Shown: positions 1-9,857 of the stretch, piece by piece
How the letters are laid out: each line of letters opens with the position of its first letter
Numbering within the stretch: position 1 is the stretch's first letter
NCBI GenBank assembly: GCA_029261055.1
Contig: JAJDCA010000018.1
Coordinates: 18,197-82,196 of the forward strand
DNA: 64,000 bases
Direction: 5' to 3'
Source of the DNA: Candidatus Omnitrophota bacterium
GTDB lineage: Bacteria; Omnitrophota; Gorgyraeia; Zapsychrales; Zapsychraceae
Translations under genes and position numbers: made by a program
The notes under the pieces: generated by a model
Told to the model about the DNA's origin: nothing
The model's input: the letters and a program-made list of their open reading frames with translations, nothing else
Database searches by the model: none

Positions 1-586
1 CTTCCTTTATTTTCCCTTTATGGCGTCCTGCAATAACAATAGCCTCAGGTTCTGGAAAATCATAAGGGTAAGACCTGGCAAAAACACTAATCAACCGTCG
101 ATTTATACATCGAAAACCTGACGTTGGATCCGTGACCTTGCAATCCGTCAAGAAACTAATTAAATGCGCAAAGAAATTAATCCCGATACGTCGAATAAAA
201 GAAGATTGATACCCCAGATGCGGCGGAATAAACCGACTCCCAATAGTCATATCGGCTTCTTTATTAATCACTGGCTCAATAAGAGATTTAAGAAAAATAA
301 CATCATGCTGCCCATCTCCATCTACCTGAACAGCTAAATCAAAACCCTCTTCATAAGCAAACTGAAATCCTGTCTGCACGGCCCCGCCGATTCCCAGATT
401 AAAAGGATGTGTGATTAACTTAACCCCACTCTGCCTTGCCTCTTCGGCAGTAGCATCTTGTGACCCATCATTAACAACAAGAATATCTACCCCTAAAAGA
501 TTCAAAGAACGTATTTCATCAACAACATTTTGAATGTTACCTTGTTCATTGTAAGCTGGAATGATAATAAGAATTTTTTTGTTCAT
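1..586 (-). CDS. Glycosyltransferase family 2, polyprenyl-phosphate sugar transferase-like (DPM1/GtrB-like); C-terminus cut by window edge
   Basis: Reverse-strand translation from the ATG at 586: MNKKILIIIPAYNEQGNI...VVNDGSQD...QVDGDGQHD, the classic GT2 DxD and Q/DGD motifs. Start lies 2 bp from the stop of the next gene. Confidence 0.7.
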   Translation of the reverse strand, partial: MNKKILIIIPAYNEQGNIQNVVDEIRSLNLLGVDILVVNDGSQDATAEEARQSGVKLITHPFNLGIGGAVQTGFQFAYEEGFDLAVQVDGDGQHDVIFLKSLIEPVINKEADMTIGSRFIPPHLGYQSSFIRRIGINFFAHLISFLTDCKVTDPTSGFRCINRRLISVFARSYPYDFPEPEAIVIAGRHKGKIKE

Positions 587-587
587 A

Positions 588-1859
588 TCAATTCAACCCT
601 TTGATATTCACATAATAAAGATACTTCATGGCATAATCGATTAAATCAATATTTTCCTCTTTAATAATACGATCCGGCTCTACACCGCTAAAACTAAAAA
701 CAGTCCCATCCGGATGATACCCACGGCCTGTAATAAGTAACGCCATAGTGCCATCACTAAAATTGAACATACTCTTAAGCATCACCTGACCAGCCGTATT
801 GACGCCCATCACAATGGCCCTTTCACGACGTTGCATAGCCCCAGAAAATAACTCCGATGCACTCCCACTGCCTTTATTAACCAAAATCACCATGGGCCCT
901 TCATAATGAACCTTATCAAACATCTTCGGCACATCAAGCTCTGCTTTGGGCTGATTTTTTCTTTTAAAATAGACAAAATCTTCTCCAGCTGTCAAAAAAA
1001 ATGCAGACATCTCACGCGCCGCTAAAGGAGGCCCACCAGGATTACCTCGCAAATCCAAAACAAGTCCTTTAATGTCCCCACTATCATAAAAAAGCTTCAA
1101 ATGACGATAAAAATCCTCAGCCGTTTTACGGTTAAATTTAGGAATTTCAAGACAGTACAAACCAGGCCGTTGTGTAGGACACATAAAGACGGTTTGCTTA
1201 AAATACTCCTTAGGCTCTACCACTATTTTTTCAGTTCTGCCCTCTTCTTCTCTTAAATATTCAATCGTAACTGTTGTCCCCATAAGAGGCGTAAGCATGT
1301 CCTTAACATTATTTTCCTCAAGAGCTGTAACCTCTTGATAATCAATGGTTAATATAATATCGTCATTCCGTAATCCTTTCGCATAAGCATCTGCGCGCGG
1401 TTCTACATGAGTTACCTTATATCCCCTCTCTACAACCTCACCATCAATCCCCAAATCCTTACGCACCCCAAGGGCAGTCTGCTTGTATTTCTGCGCGGGT
1501 TTTGGCGGATAAAATTCGGAAAAAATATCTTCTTCAGACTTAAGATGCTCAATCAAAAAGGACGCACTTCGCCAGCGTACAAAGTCATTCGACTTTCCTT
1601 TTTCCTTTAATTGAGCGTAAATTTTCGTATTAAATTTTTCAATAAATTGATCATATTTAGCCCGCGGAACCGGCTTATAATAATGCTGATCCATGGTTTC
1701 ATAAACCTCTTCAAAAAAATCAAGGTATTGCTGATAATTTTTTTGCTCTCTGGTTTTGCGGAAAGATTCAATATGTTGGCAGGATGTGAGAATAACTAGA
1801 CAGGTCAAAACAAACATACCCTGAATAAAAGAAAATGTTTTACGCTTCATCTCAAACAT
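588..1859 (-). CDS. S41 family C-terminal processing peptidase (CtpA/tail-specific protease-like)
   Basis: ORF-track protein carries LVLDLRGNPGG (S41 signature) and PDZ-like region; N-terminal hydrophobic signal. Confidence 0.8.
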   Translation of the reverse strand: MFEMKRKTFSFIQGMFVLTCLVILTSCQHIESFRKTREQKNYQQYLDFFEEVYETMDQHYYKPVPRAKYDQFIEKFNTKIYAQLKEKGKSNDFVRWRSASFLIEHLKSEEDIFSEFYPPKPAQKYKQTALGVRKDLGIDGEVVERGYKVTHVEPRADAYAKGLRNDDIILTIDYQEVTALEENNVKDMLTPLMGTTVTIEYLREEEGRTEKIVVEPKEYFKQTVFMCPTQRPGLYCLEIPKFNRKTAEDFYRHLKLFYDSGDIKGLVLDLRGNPGGPPLAAREMSAFFLTAGEDFVYFKRKNQPKAELDVPKMFDKVHYEGPMVILVNKGSGSASELFSGAMQRRERAIVMGVNTAGQVMLKSMFNFSDGTMALLITGRGYHPDGTVFSFSGVEPDRIIKEENIDLIDYAMKYLYYVNIKGLN

Positions 1860-1900
1860 GGATGCATTATAACGAAATTATTAATAATTAATAATATTAT

Positions 1901-2647
1901 TTATGAATATACTACATTCAACAATGCCAATCCTTGTGGTTTAGCCGTAGGACCAGCATAAATACGATTTTTTTTGGATAAAATTTGTTTGATACTTCCT
2001 TTAGATAATTTTCCACTGCCGATTTCCAAAAGCGTCCCTACAATATTACGCACCATTTTGTACAAAAAGCCGTTCGCTTCAACTTCAATAAAAATATATT
2101 CTCCTCGTTTCTTGATATCGACACGCTTAATGGTGCGGACTGTCTCCGTAGGGTTAGATTTATTAGCACTTTGAAAAGATTTAAAATCTTTGCACCCGAC
2201 AAACACCTTCGCCTCTCCCCTCATTTTCTGAAAATTCAACTTATTCCGATAAAACAAACAAAAATGACGCTGCTGTGCCGGACGGACTTCACGATAAAGG
2301 ATTGTGTACCGATAAGCCTTAGATTTTACACTATATTGGGAATGAAACTCTAAAGGAACTTCTTCGACTTTTAATATGGCAACATCTGGTGGCAGGTTGG
2401 CATTAAGGGCATTGCGTATTTCCCGTAGAGACATAAGAGATTTTGTATGAAAATTGGCCACCTGGCCTAAGGCATGAACTCCGGCGTCTGTCCTTCCGGA
2501 ACCGATCAAACGAGTTTTTTCTTTAAAAATCGTGGTAAGGGCTTTTGTGATTTCGCCTTGAATCGTACGCACACCTTTAGGTTGAATTTGCCACCCATTA
2601 AAATCTGTTCCGTCATATTCAATAGTGAGTCTGATGTTACGCGGCAT
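1901..2647 (-). CDS. truA: tRNA pseudouridine(38-40) synthase
   Basis: GSGRTDAGVHALGQV catalytic-Asp motif of TruA; length 248 aa. Confidence 0.85.
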   Translation of the reverse strand: MPRNIRLTIEYDGTDFNGWQIQPKGVRTIQGEITKALTTIFKEKTRLIGSGRTDAGVHALGQVANFHTKSLMSLREIRNALNANLPPDVAILKVEEVPLEFHSQYSVKSKAYRYTILYREVRPAQQRHFCLFYRNKLNFQKMRGEAKVFVGCKDFKSFQSANKSNPTETVRTIKRVDIKKRGEYIFIEVEANGFLYKMVRNIVGTLLEIGSGKLSKGSIKQILSKKNRIYAGPTAKPQGLALLNVVYS

Positions 2648-3638
2648 CTTGCTTGATCAATTCTTCAGCAATTTGAATCGCATTTAAGGCAGCGCCTTTG
2701 CGGAGGTTGTCAGCCACAATCCAAAGGTTAAGACCATTATCAATAGTCTCATCTTCTCGAATACGGCCAACGAAGGTATCATCCTTGCCTTCAGCATCTA
2801 AAGGTACGGGATATTTATTTTGAGATAAATCATCAATCACGGTTACACCCGGCGCTTGACTTAATAATTCAAGAGCTTTTTCTCGGGTAATCTTTTTAGT
2901 CGTTTCAATATTAACTGATTCCGAATGCGCCTTTAACACAGGGACACGCACGCATGTCGCTGTGACTTTAACATTATCATCTTTCATAATCTTGCAGGTT
3001 TCTTGAACCATTTTGACTTCTTCTTTGGTATAAAAATTATCCTGAGGCACATCAATATGAGGAATTACGTTAAAGGCAATGGGATATTGAAATTTATCCG
3101 GTGGAAATGATCTATCTGCGGTTTGCTTTTCTAATTCAGCTATAGCTGGAGCCCCAGCTCCGGAAACAGACTGATAAGTCGAAACAACAACACGTTTGAT
3201 GGGCGCATAATCATGCAACGGTTTTAAAGCCACCACCATTTGAATCGTAGAACAATTTGGATTAGCAATAATCCCTTTATGTGACTTAATATCTTCCGGA
3301 TTAACTTCAGGAACAACCAAAGGCACATCAGGATCCATACGGAATTGGCTTGTATTATCAATCACCACACACCCATCTTTAACGGCATGCGGAACAAATT
3401 CTTTACTTATTGATGCTCCTGGAGAAAATAAACCGATATCAATACCTTTAAAAGCATCATGCGCCAGCTTTGTCGCTTTAATTTCCCGGCCTTGAAAATG
3501 ATACACCGGGCATTCATCAGGATTAGAAGACATTACACGTAATTCACCGACAGGAAAATTTCTTTCTTGAAGAATTTCTAACATGCACTGTCCAACAGCC
3601 CCTCTGATACCAACAATAGCTACATTATATTTTTTCAT
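2637..3638 (-). CDS. asd: Aspartate-semialdehyde dehydrogenase
   Basis: MKKYNVAIVGIRGAVGQ Rossmann N-terminus, NPNCSTI active-site Cys region. Start refined to the internal ATG at 3638, which abuts the upstream gene stop. Confidence 0.85.
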   Translation of the reverse strand: MKKYNVAIVGIRGAVGQCMLEILQERNFPVGELRVMSSNPDECPVYHFQGREIKATKLAHDAFKGIDIGLFSPGASISKEFVPHAVKDGCVVIDNTSQFRMDPDVPLVVPEVNPEDIKSHKGIIANPNCSTIQMVVALKPLHDYAPIKRVVVSTYQSVSGAGAPAIAELEKQTADRSFPPDKFQYPIAFNVIPHIDVPQDNFYTKEEVKMVQETCKIMKDDNVKVTATCVRVPVLKAHSESVNIETTKKITREKALELLSQAPGVTVIDDLSQNKYPVPLDAEGKDDTFVGRIREDETIDNGLNLWIVADNLRKGAALNAIQIAEELIKQDAA

Positions 3639-3639
3639 T

Positions 3640-4740
3640 TTATAAACCTGCCACGACCATATCGCCAATTTCTGAAGTCGAATATCCCATTTGCTCGACC
3701 AGCATAGATTTCATTTTCTTAATTGTCTCCCGCATAGCCGCTTCAACATTTTCAGCTGCTTTTACTTCTCCTAAACGTGCCAACATCATGTGAACCGTTG
3801 CAATCGCGGCAATAGGATTAATCACATTTTTTCCAGTAAACTGAGGCGCACTCCCATGAACCGGCTCAAACATACTCACACCTTCAGGATTAATGTTTCC
3901 ACTCGGCGCCACACCCATACCTCCTTGTGTCACCGCAGCCAAATCTGTAATGATATCCCCGAACATATTGCCTGTTACAATATAATTAAACCGTTCCGGA
4001 GACTCAATCATGTAAATACACATGGCATCCACATGCACATAATCTGTTTTAATATTTGAATATTCTTTAGCTACTTCGTTTAACGTTCTCTCCCATAAAT
4101 CATACACATACGTCAAAACATTCGTTTTCCCACAAAGCGTAAGCTTACCAATAAAACCCTGATCTATTTCTTCACGTGTTAACCCCGACCAAGGATTATC
4201 TTGATGCGCTGTCGTTATCGCCTGAAATGCAAACCGAATACATCGCTCTACCTGCTTACGGGAATAAATCATTTTCTGCACAGCAACCTCGTCCAAAGTT
4301 CCTTTATGCTCAAAGCTGCCTTCTCCCGTATAAAGCCCACCGGTATTCTCACGAACAACAACATAATTAATATCTTCCGGTTTTTTATTCTTGATCGGCG
4401 TGGCTATATTCTCATAAAGTTTCACGGGTCTCAAATTGATGTATTGCTCTAAATCAAACCTAAGCTTCAATAAAATTCCTTTTTCCAGAATACCAGGCTT
4501 TACATCCGGATGCCCGACCGCACCTAAATAAATCGCATCAAATTTCTTAAAATTTTCAACAGCTGAATCAGGAAGCACTTCGCCTGTTTTAAGATAATGC
4601 GCTCCACCAAAATCAAATGTTGTGGTTTCAACTTTAAACTGATACTTTTGTGAAACGGCATCCAACACCTTCAAACCTTCACGAACCACTTCTGGCCCTA
4701 TGCCATCCCCAGGAATTATTGCTATTTTGTAATTATTCAT
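3640..4740 (-). CDS. Isopropylmalate/isocitrate/tartrate dehydrogenase family protein (LeuB-like)
   Basis: N-terminal IAIIPGDGIGPEV; GSAPQFTGKNVINPIAAI and NLRP motifs typical of the beta-decarboxylating dehydrogenase family; 366 aa. The exact member (LeuB, IDH or tartrate DH) cannot be decided from sequence alone. Confidence 0.6.
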   Translation of the reverse strand: MNNYKIAIIPGDGIGPEVVREGLKVLDAVSQKYQFKVETTTFDFGGAHYLKTGEVLPDSAVENFKKFDAIYLGAVGHPDVKPGILEKGILLKLRFDLEQYINLRPVKLYENIATPIKNKKPEDINYVVVRENTGGLYTGEGSFEHKGTLDEVAVQKMIYSRKQVERCIRFAFQAITTAHQDNPWSGLTREEIDQGFIGKLTLCGKTNVLTYVYDLWERTLNEVAKEYSNIKTDYVHVDAMCIYMIESPERFNYIVTGNMFGDIITDLAAVTQGGMGVAPSGNINPEGVSMFEPVHGSAPQFTGKNVINPIAAIATVHMMLARLGEVKAAENVEAAMRETIKKMKSMLVEQMGYSTSEIGDMVVAGL

Positions 4741-4748
4741 ATTTATTT

Positions 4749-5993
4749 TTATTCTTGAAATTTCTTAACGATAACACTCGCATTATGCCCACCAAAACCA
4801 AGCGAATTGGACATCGCCGATGCAACCTCTACCTTTCTGGCTACATTTGGAACATAATCTAAATCACAATCAGGATCAGGATTATCACAATTAATCGTTG
4901 GCGGTATCATACTGTCCCGCATGGCCAAAACACAAGCAGCAAATTCAATACCTCCTGCCGCACCCAATAAATGTCCCGTCATAGATTTAATAGAACTAAT
5001 AGGAACTTTAGAAGCGTAATCTTTAAATACACTTTTAATCGCCATGGTTTCTACTTTATCATTAAGCTTTGTTGATGTCCCATGCGCATTAATGTAAGAA
5101 ATATCCTGCGGTTGCAATCCGGAATCCTGCAAAGCAAGACTCATAGCTCTCGAAGCTCCTTCTCCCGTAGATTCCGGAGCTGTAATGTGATACGCATCTG
5201 AGGTTCGTCCATATCCTACCAATTCAGCCAAAATAGGAGCTTTACGTTGTTTGGCATGTTCAAGTGTTTCCAATATAACAACGCCAGCGCCTTCCGCCAT
5301 AACAAAGCCATCACGATTTACATCAAAGGGGCGTGAAGCTTTTTGCGGTTCATCATTACGCTTTGATAAAGCTTTTAAGGCACAAAATCCGCCAACAGCT
5401 AAAGCTGTTGTCGCACTTTCCGTACCACCCGCAATCATAACATCTGCATCACCGTATTGAATACATCGAAAGGCATCGCCAATCGCATTCGTCGCTGTCG
5501 AACACGCGGTCGCCACACAAGTGGCCGGTCCTTTAGCGCCTGTTTCAATAGATACTTGCCCTGCCGCTTCATTAATAATAATTCGAGGAATAAAATGTGG
5601 AGCAATTCGCTTAGGCCCTTTTTCTAAATATTTAGAATACTCCTTTTCAAGCGTTCCAATACTCCCAATCCCTGATCCAATAAGAACCCCTACACGATTA
5701 GCATCAACCGCTTTCATATCTAACTGAGCTTTACTTACGGCTTCACGACTGGCAACAGAGGCAAATTGAACAAATCTTGCTAAATGACGAGCATGTTTGG
5801 AAGAAAAATAGTCTAACGGATCATAATCATTCACTTGACCTGCGATGCGGGAATCAAAGGCTGCCGCATCAAAACGCGTTATCGGACCAATCCCACTTTT
5901 TCCTTCTAAAAGAGAAGCCCAAAACTTCTCTACACCTATGCCAACAGGAGATATAACTCCCATCCCTGTAACAACAACCCTTCGCTTTTCCAT
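4749..5993 (-). CDS. fabF: 3-oxoacyl-ACP synthase II
   Basis: RRVVVTGMGVISPVG N-terminus, active-site Cys region ATACSTAT, HGTST and GHLLGAAG motifs. Start set at MEKRR (ATG 5993), preceded by AAGAGG. Confidence 0.85.
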   Translation of the reverse strand: MEKRRVVVTGMGVISPVGIGVEKFWASLLEGKSGIGPITRFDAAAFDSRIAGQVNDYDPLDYFSSKHARHLARFVQFASVASREAVSKAQLDMKAVDANRVGVLIGSGIGSIGTLEKEYSKYLEKGPKRIAPHFIPRIIINEAAGQVSIETGAKGPATCVATACSTATNAIGDAFRCIQYGDADVMIAGGTESATTALAVGGFCALKALSKRNDEPQKASRPFDVNRDGFVMAEGAGVVILETLEHAKQRKAPILAELVGYGRTSDAYHITAPESTGEGASRAMSLALQDSGLQPQDISYINAHGTSTKLNDKVETMAIKSVFKDYASKVPISSIKSMTGHLLGAAGGIEFAACVLAMRDSMIPPTINCDNPDPDCDLDYVPNVARKVEVASAMSNSLGFGGHNASVIVKKFQE

Positions 5994-6098
5994 AAAATAA
6001 CCTCTTGAATTAAGCCTCGCTTTGCTCGGCAATTTTAGTGGTAAGTAAAAGTTTTTCTTACAACTTACCTCTTATCACTTAACACTTTATAATACAAC

Positions 6099-6119
6099 GC
6101 CCCGATGTATTATCGGGGC
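6099..6119. terminator. Hairpin in the acpP-fabF spacer (possible partial terminator/attenuator)
   Basis: gccccgatgtattatcggggc sits directly after the acpP stop on the minus strand; the U-tract is weak. Confidence 0.3.
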
Positions 6120-6150
6120 ATAATAATAAAATTCATAAAAGAAAAAAACT

Positions 6151-6393
6151 TTACTCTTCTTTAGGCGCTTTTTCAGAAACATACTTCATTGCATCACCAA
6201 CTGTAGTCATTTTTTCAGCATCTTCATCAGGAATTTCAACATTAAACTCTTCTTCCAATGCCATAATAAGCTCAACAGTGTCTAATGAATCTGCACCGAG
6301 ATCATCGATAAAAGATGCTTCAGGTGTAACTTCGTCTGCTTTGACGCCTAATTGTTCTGCAATGATGGACTTGATTTTTTCTTCAACTGCCAT
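6151..6393 (-). CDS. acpP: Acyl carrier protein
   Basis: 80 aa; [20 protein letters not shown] phosphopantetheine-attachment motif; AGGAGG RBS upstream. Confidence 0.9.
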   Translation of the reverse strand: MAVEEKIKSIIAEQLGVKADEVTPEASFIDDLGADSLDTVELIMALEEEFNVEIPDEDAEKMTTVGDAMKYVSEKAPKEE

Positions 6394-6486
6394 GGATTAT
6401 CCTCCTTAATTAAATACGACCTCGCAAAAAATGCTCGGTATTTATGTGTCGCGTCACGCGCGACGAGCCACTTTAAAATTAACTCA

Positions 6487-7227
6487 TTATATCGCCATAC
6501 CGCCATCTACGACGATTGTTTGTCCAGTAATGTAGCTGGCTTCTTCTGAAGCAAGAAACAAACATACATTAGAAATATCATCTGTCTTCCCTAAACGTCT
6601 CAATGGAATATTTTTAAGAATGCCATCTCGTGCGGCATCCTTTAACTGGGCTGTCATGTCGGTTTCAATATAGCCTGGGGCTACAGCATTAACCGTAATA
6701 CCTCGTGAAGCCATTTCAATGGCGACAGATTTCGTAAAACCAATCACGCCGGCCTTACTTGCGGCATAATTAGATTGACCAGTATTTCCTGTTATTCCAA
6801 TGATCGAGGATATATTAACTATCCTGCCTTTTTTGGCTCTCAGCATCACCTTTGTTACAACTTTTGTACAGTTAAAAACTCCTCGAAGATTCACATTCAT
6901 GACGTCATCCCAGTCACTTTCGCTCATCCGAAGGAGTAAATTATCCTTTGTGATGCCCGCATTGTTAATTAATATATCAATGGTCTTATATTTGTCAAGA
7001 ATTTTGTTGACGATTTCTTGTACTTTTTTAAGGTCGGTCACGTCGCAATCAAAGCTTTCAGCCCGATGCCCTGCAGAAATAATTTCATCGCGTATTTTGT
7101 CAGTCGATTCTTTATTCCGACCAACAACAATCACAATAGCCCCTTCTTTAGCAAAAGTTACGGCAATCGCCTTCCCTATGCCACGTGATGCTCCCGTGAC
7201 TAAAACAACTTGATCTTTAAATCTCAT
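6487..7227 (-). CDS. fabG: 3-oxoacyl-ACP reductase (SDR)
   Basis: VTGASRGIGKAIA Rossmann motif, NNAGI, YAASKAG catalytic motif; 246 aa; in a fabG-acpP-fabF arrangement. Confidence 0.8.
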   Translation of the reverse strand: MRFKDQVVLVTGASRGIGKAIAVTFAKEGAIVIVVGRNKESTDKIRDEIISAGHRAESFDCDVTDLKKVQEIVNKILDKYKTIDILINNAGITKDNLLLRMSESDWDDVMNVNLRGVFNCTKVVTKVMLRAKKGRIVNISSIIGITGNTGQSNYAASKAGVIGFTKSVAIEMASRGITVNAVAPGYIETDMTAQLKDAARDGILKNIPLRRLGKTDDISNVCLFLASEEASYITGQTIVVDGGMAI

Positions 7228-7655
7228 ATATCAATATCCTCATATTTCTGATTATTTTGATGAAAACCAGGGGCATTAACGACTTGTCCCTTTCTAACCA
7301 TAGATTCAAATTTTTTCTGCACAAAAAGTTTAATCGCCGCTCTTGTCAAAGGAATCAATAATAAAAACCCTAAAGCATCAGTCACAAATCCCGGTGTTAA
7401 TAATACAATCCCACCCACCAAAATCATTAATCCATCCAAAAGCTGAGCACTGGGCATCGCCCCACGATTAAGCTCAGATTGAATTTTACGTAAAATAAGA
7501 AAACCTTGCAAACGTGCAAGATAAGCACCTAAAACGCCGGTAAAAATAATTAAAAGCAGAGTATTCCCTGCGCCAATGTGTCCACCGACTTTAATTAGGA
7601 GAACGAGTTCTAAGGCAGGCAAAACTGTAAAAAGAATAACTAGGTAAGCAAACAT
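7224..7655 (-). CDS. fxsA: FxsA family inner-membrane protein
   Basis: 143 aa; hydrophobic N-terminus LELVLLIKVGGHIGAGNTLLLII and PGFVTDALGFLLLIP typical of FxsA. Confidence 0.55.
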   Translation of the reverse strand: MFAYLVILFTVLPALELVLLIKVGGHIGAGNTLLLIIFTGVLGAYLARLQGFLILRKIQSELNRGAMPSAQLLDGLMILVGGIVLLTPGFVTDALGFLLLIPLTRAAIKLFVQKKFESMVRKGQVVNAPGFHQNNQKYEDIDI

Positions 7656-7667
7656 CTCTCGAGAGCC

Positions 7668-9317
7668 TTAATAAAAATCCAAATCTTCATCTTCATCGAT
7701 AGCCATAAGGTCGGCCATATCTAATAAAGGCTGCTCCTGATGCAACATGCCTTCCCCTGTGACAATTTTCGGTTTTATAAAAATAACCAATTCACTTTTA
7801 TCATACAATTTATGAACATTACCAAAGGCTCGGCCCACAACAGGAACCTTACTTAAGAAAGGCAATCTTTTTTGTGTTTTTTCGTTTCTATCCTTAATCA
7901 ATCCCCCAATAACTATCGTCGCTCCGTCTTTAACGACAACGACAGTTTCCGCCTCTGAAGTTTCTACAACCGGAATTTTATTTACGTTGCCCACGCGATC
8001 TGTAACCGCACTAACTTCCGGTTTTATTTTCATAGTAATAAAATTGTCAGGATGAATAGTTGGTGTGACGTATAATTTAACTCCAACTTCAACAAAATTT
8101 ACAGTTTCAGAAGTTGTGGGTGCTCCTGCTGCTGGCGTTATTGTTGTTTCTGTAATATACGGTTCCGTAGAACCAACCAAAATTTTGGCATCCTGATTAT
8201 TGAGAACAGTAATCCTTGGATTAGAAAGAATATTTGTTTTACCTGCAGTCTCAATCGCTTCTATAAAAGCAGTATACCCTGAAGTATCTCCGTCACTTAA
8301 CGTACCGACGCTGATTTTACCTCTTTTATCACCGTCATCTAAATCATTAAAATCACTTGTAAGCCTCAGACTGTTTGTTTTTGAAATAATAGCTTCCCAG
8401 TCTATGCCCATTTTATATTCATCTTTAAGCAAAACCTGAATAATTTTTGCTTCGATAAGGACTTCTTTTTCTTTAACATCCAAAGCCATAATCAATCTTT
8501 CAATCTTCGACATTTTTCTAGGAATATCGGTTACGATCAATTTATTGGTACGCTCATCAACCTCAACCCTGCCTATATTCTTTGTTAAAGATTCCGCAAT
8601 CCTCTCTGACACATCTGCGGCTTTCGCGTAATAAAGTTCAAAAATTCTAGTCCTTCGCGGGACATCAACTTGACTGATAATTCCCTCTAATAAATCTACC
8701 TGTCCCAGTGTATCTTTAATGATAATCGAATTGGAACTCTTGTCGACGATAATTCGCCCTACAATACTTTTCATTTGATTAAGAATCCCGTTAATCTCTA
8801 CCGCGTCCGCATAAACCAATTGCACAATACGTGTTTCCAGATTTTCTCCGAATTTATATCCATACTTTAACTGAAAATCCTTTGCTGTCATAACACGAAT
8901 GCTACCGTTCTCCTCAACAAACGTTAAGTTATGCGATTCTAAAATCATACCTAACGCTTCTCGTACCTCAACCTCGTTAAGATAAATGCTCACCTTACCT
9001 TTCACATCTCGACCCGCCACAATATTCAAACCACTTTTCTTGGCAACCAACTTTAAGACATCAATGATATCCATATTTTTCAAATCCAACACATCTATCA
9101 TGATATCTTCTTGCGAAGGAGTACGCCTAAAACTAGAATGCCTCCCCTGCAAAGAATGCCCATTATCAATATTCCTTAACGCTGTGTTACTTTCAAAATA
9201 ATCTAAAGGGGAGTCTGCAGACAATCCATAACTACCTGCGGCATAGAGAGGGGGCGCTCCAAGAAAAAGACTACAAATACTTATTATCAATAAAAAAAAT
9301 ATTCTATTAATTGACAT
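7668..9317 (-). CDS. Secretin (type IV pilus PilQ / type II secretion GspD family)
   Basis: C-terminal secretin domain with VVVVKDGATIVIGGLIKDR...RLPFLSKVPVVGRAFG; N-terminal signal peptide. Confidence 0.75.
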   Translation of the reverse strand: MSINRIFFLLIISICSLFLGAPPLYAAGSYGLSADSPLDYFESNTALRNIDNGHSLQGRHSSFRRTPSQEDIMIDVLDLKNMDIIDVLKLVAKKSGLNIVAGRDVKGKVSIYLNEVEVREALGMILESHNLTFVEENGSIRVMTAKDFQLKYGYKFGENLETRIVQLVYADAVEINGILNQMKSIVGRIIVDKSSNSIIIKDTLGQVDLLEGIISQVDVPRRTRIFELYYAKAADVSERIAESLTKNIGRVEVDERTNKLIVTDIPRKMSKIERLIMALDVKEKEVLIEAKIIQVLLKDEYKMGIDWEAIISKTNSLRLTSDFNDLDDGDKRGKISVGTLSDGDTSGYTAFIEAIETAGKTNILSNPRITVLNNQDAKILVGSTEPYITETTITPAAGAPTTSETVNFVEVGVKLYVTPTIHPDNFITMKIKPEVSAVTDRVGNVNKIPVVETSEAETVVVVKDGATIVIGGLIKDRNEKTQKRLPFLSKVPVVGRAFGNVHKLYDKSELVIFIKPKIVTGEGMLHQEQPLLDMADLMAIDEDEDLDFY

Positions 9318-9331
9318 TATTCTTCTCGATA

Positions 9332-9856
9332 CTAATTTTTTAAAACAACCTGCTGCCCGTTATAATTAAAAATAACTTGACCTTCTCGAATATCTTCCAC
9401 AACAGCTTCTTTATATCGATCACCTACACGCAAAAAAAGCGTTTGTTTTGATGCTATATCTTCAACAATAGCCTCAGGATTATTATCTAAGACTATGCCC
9501 ACTAATTTTAAAGTTTGATTTAACTTTAGCACATTTTTTGGGGTTTTTATCACGTTTTTTTGAATTTTTTTCCGTGGAGGTGGCTTCGGAGGTGGAATTT
9601 GTTTCTTGGCAGGCAATAAAAACATATCTTTTGTCTGCAATTGTTGAGCGTAATCGCGATAAGATTTTGATACCCCGGAAGTTAATCGACTAACCGTTGA
9701 ATCCGTCTGCATCTCTTCATCTGTTTCTATCGAAGGATTTACCATAGGCTTATGCGTGTAAAAAATTTTGTACCCGAAATAAATGGACAGCCCAATAATC
9801 AAAAAAATAAAAAATTTATTAATACGCGACAATATGAAATTTTTATTATTTGTCAT
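9332..9856 (-). CDS. Membrane-anchored Pro-rich protein, possibly a PilP/GspC-like secretin partner
   Basis: One N-terminal TM helix, PPPKPPPRKK linker, C-terminal beta-rich domain; sits immediately upstream of the secretin gene. Homology is not verifiable here. Confidence 0.3.
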   Translation of the reverse strand: MTNNKNFILSRINKFFIFLIIGLSIYFGYKIFYTHKPMVNPSIETDEEMQTDSTVSRLTSGVSKSYRDYAQQLQTKDMFLLPAKKQIPPPKPPPRKKIQKNVIKTPKNVLKLNQTLKLVGIVLDNNPEAIVEDIASKQTLFLRVGDRYKEAVVEDIREGQVIFNYNGQQVVLKN

Positions 9857-9857
9857 A

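Noticed and set aside
1407-2656. Small plus-strand ORFs overlapping ctpA/truA (1407..1610, 1611..1799, 1974..2174, 2171..2353, 2474..2656)
   Set aside because: They lie entirely within well-supported minus-strand genes and have no recognisable motifs.
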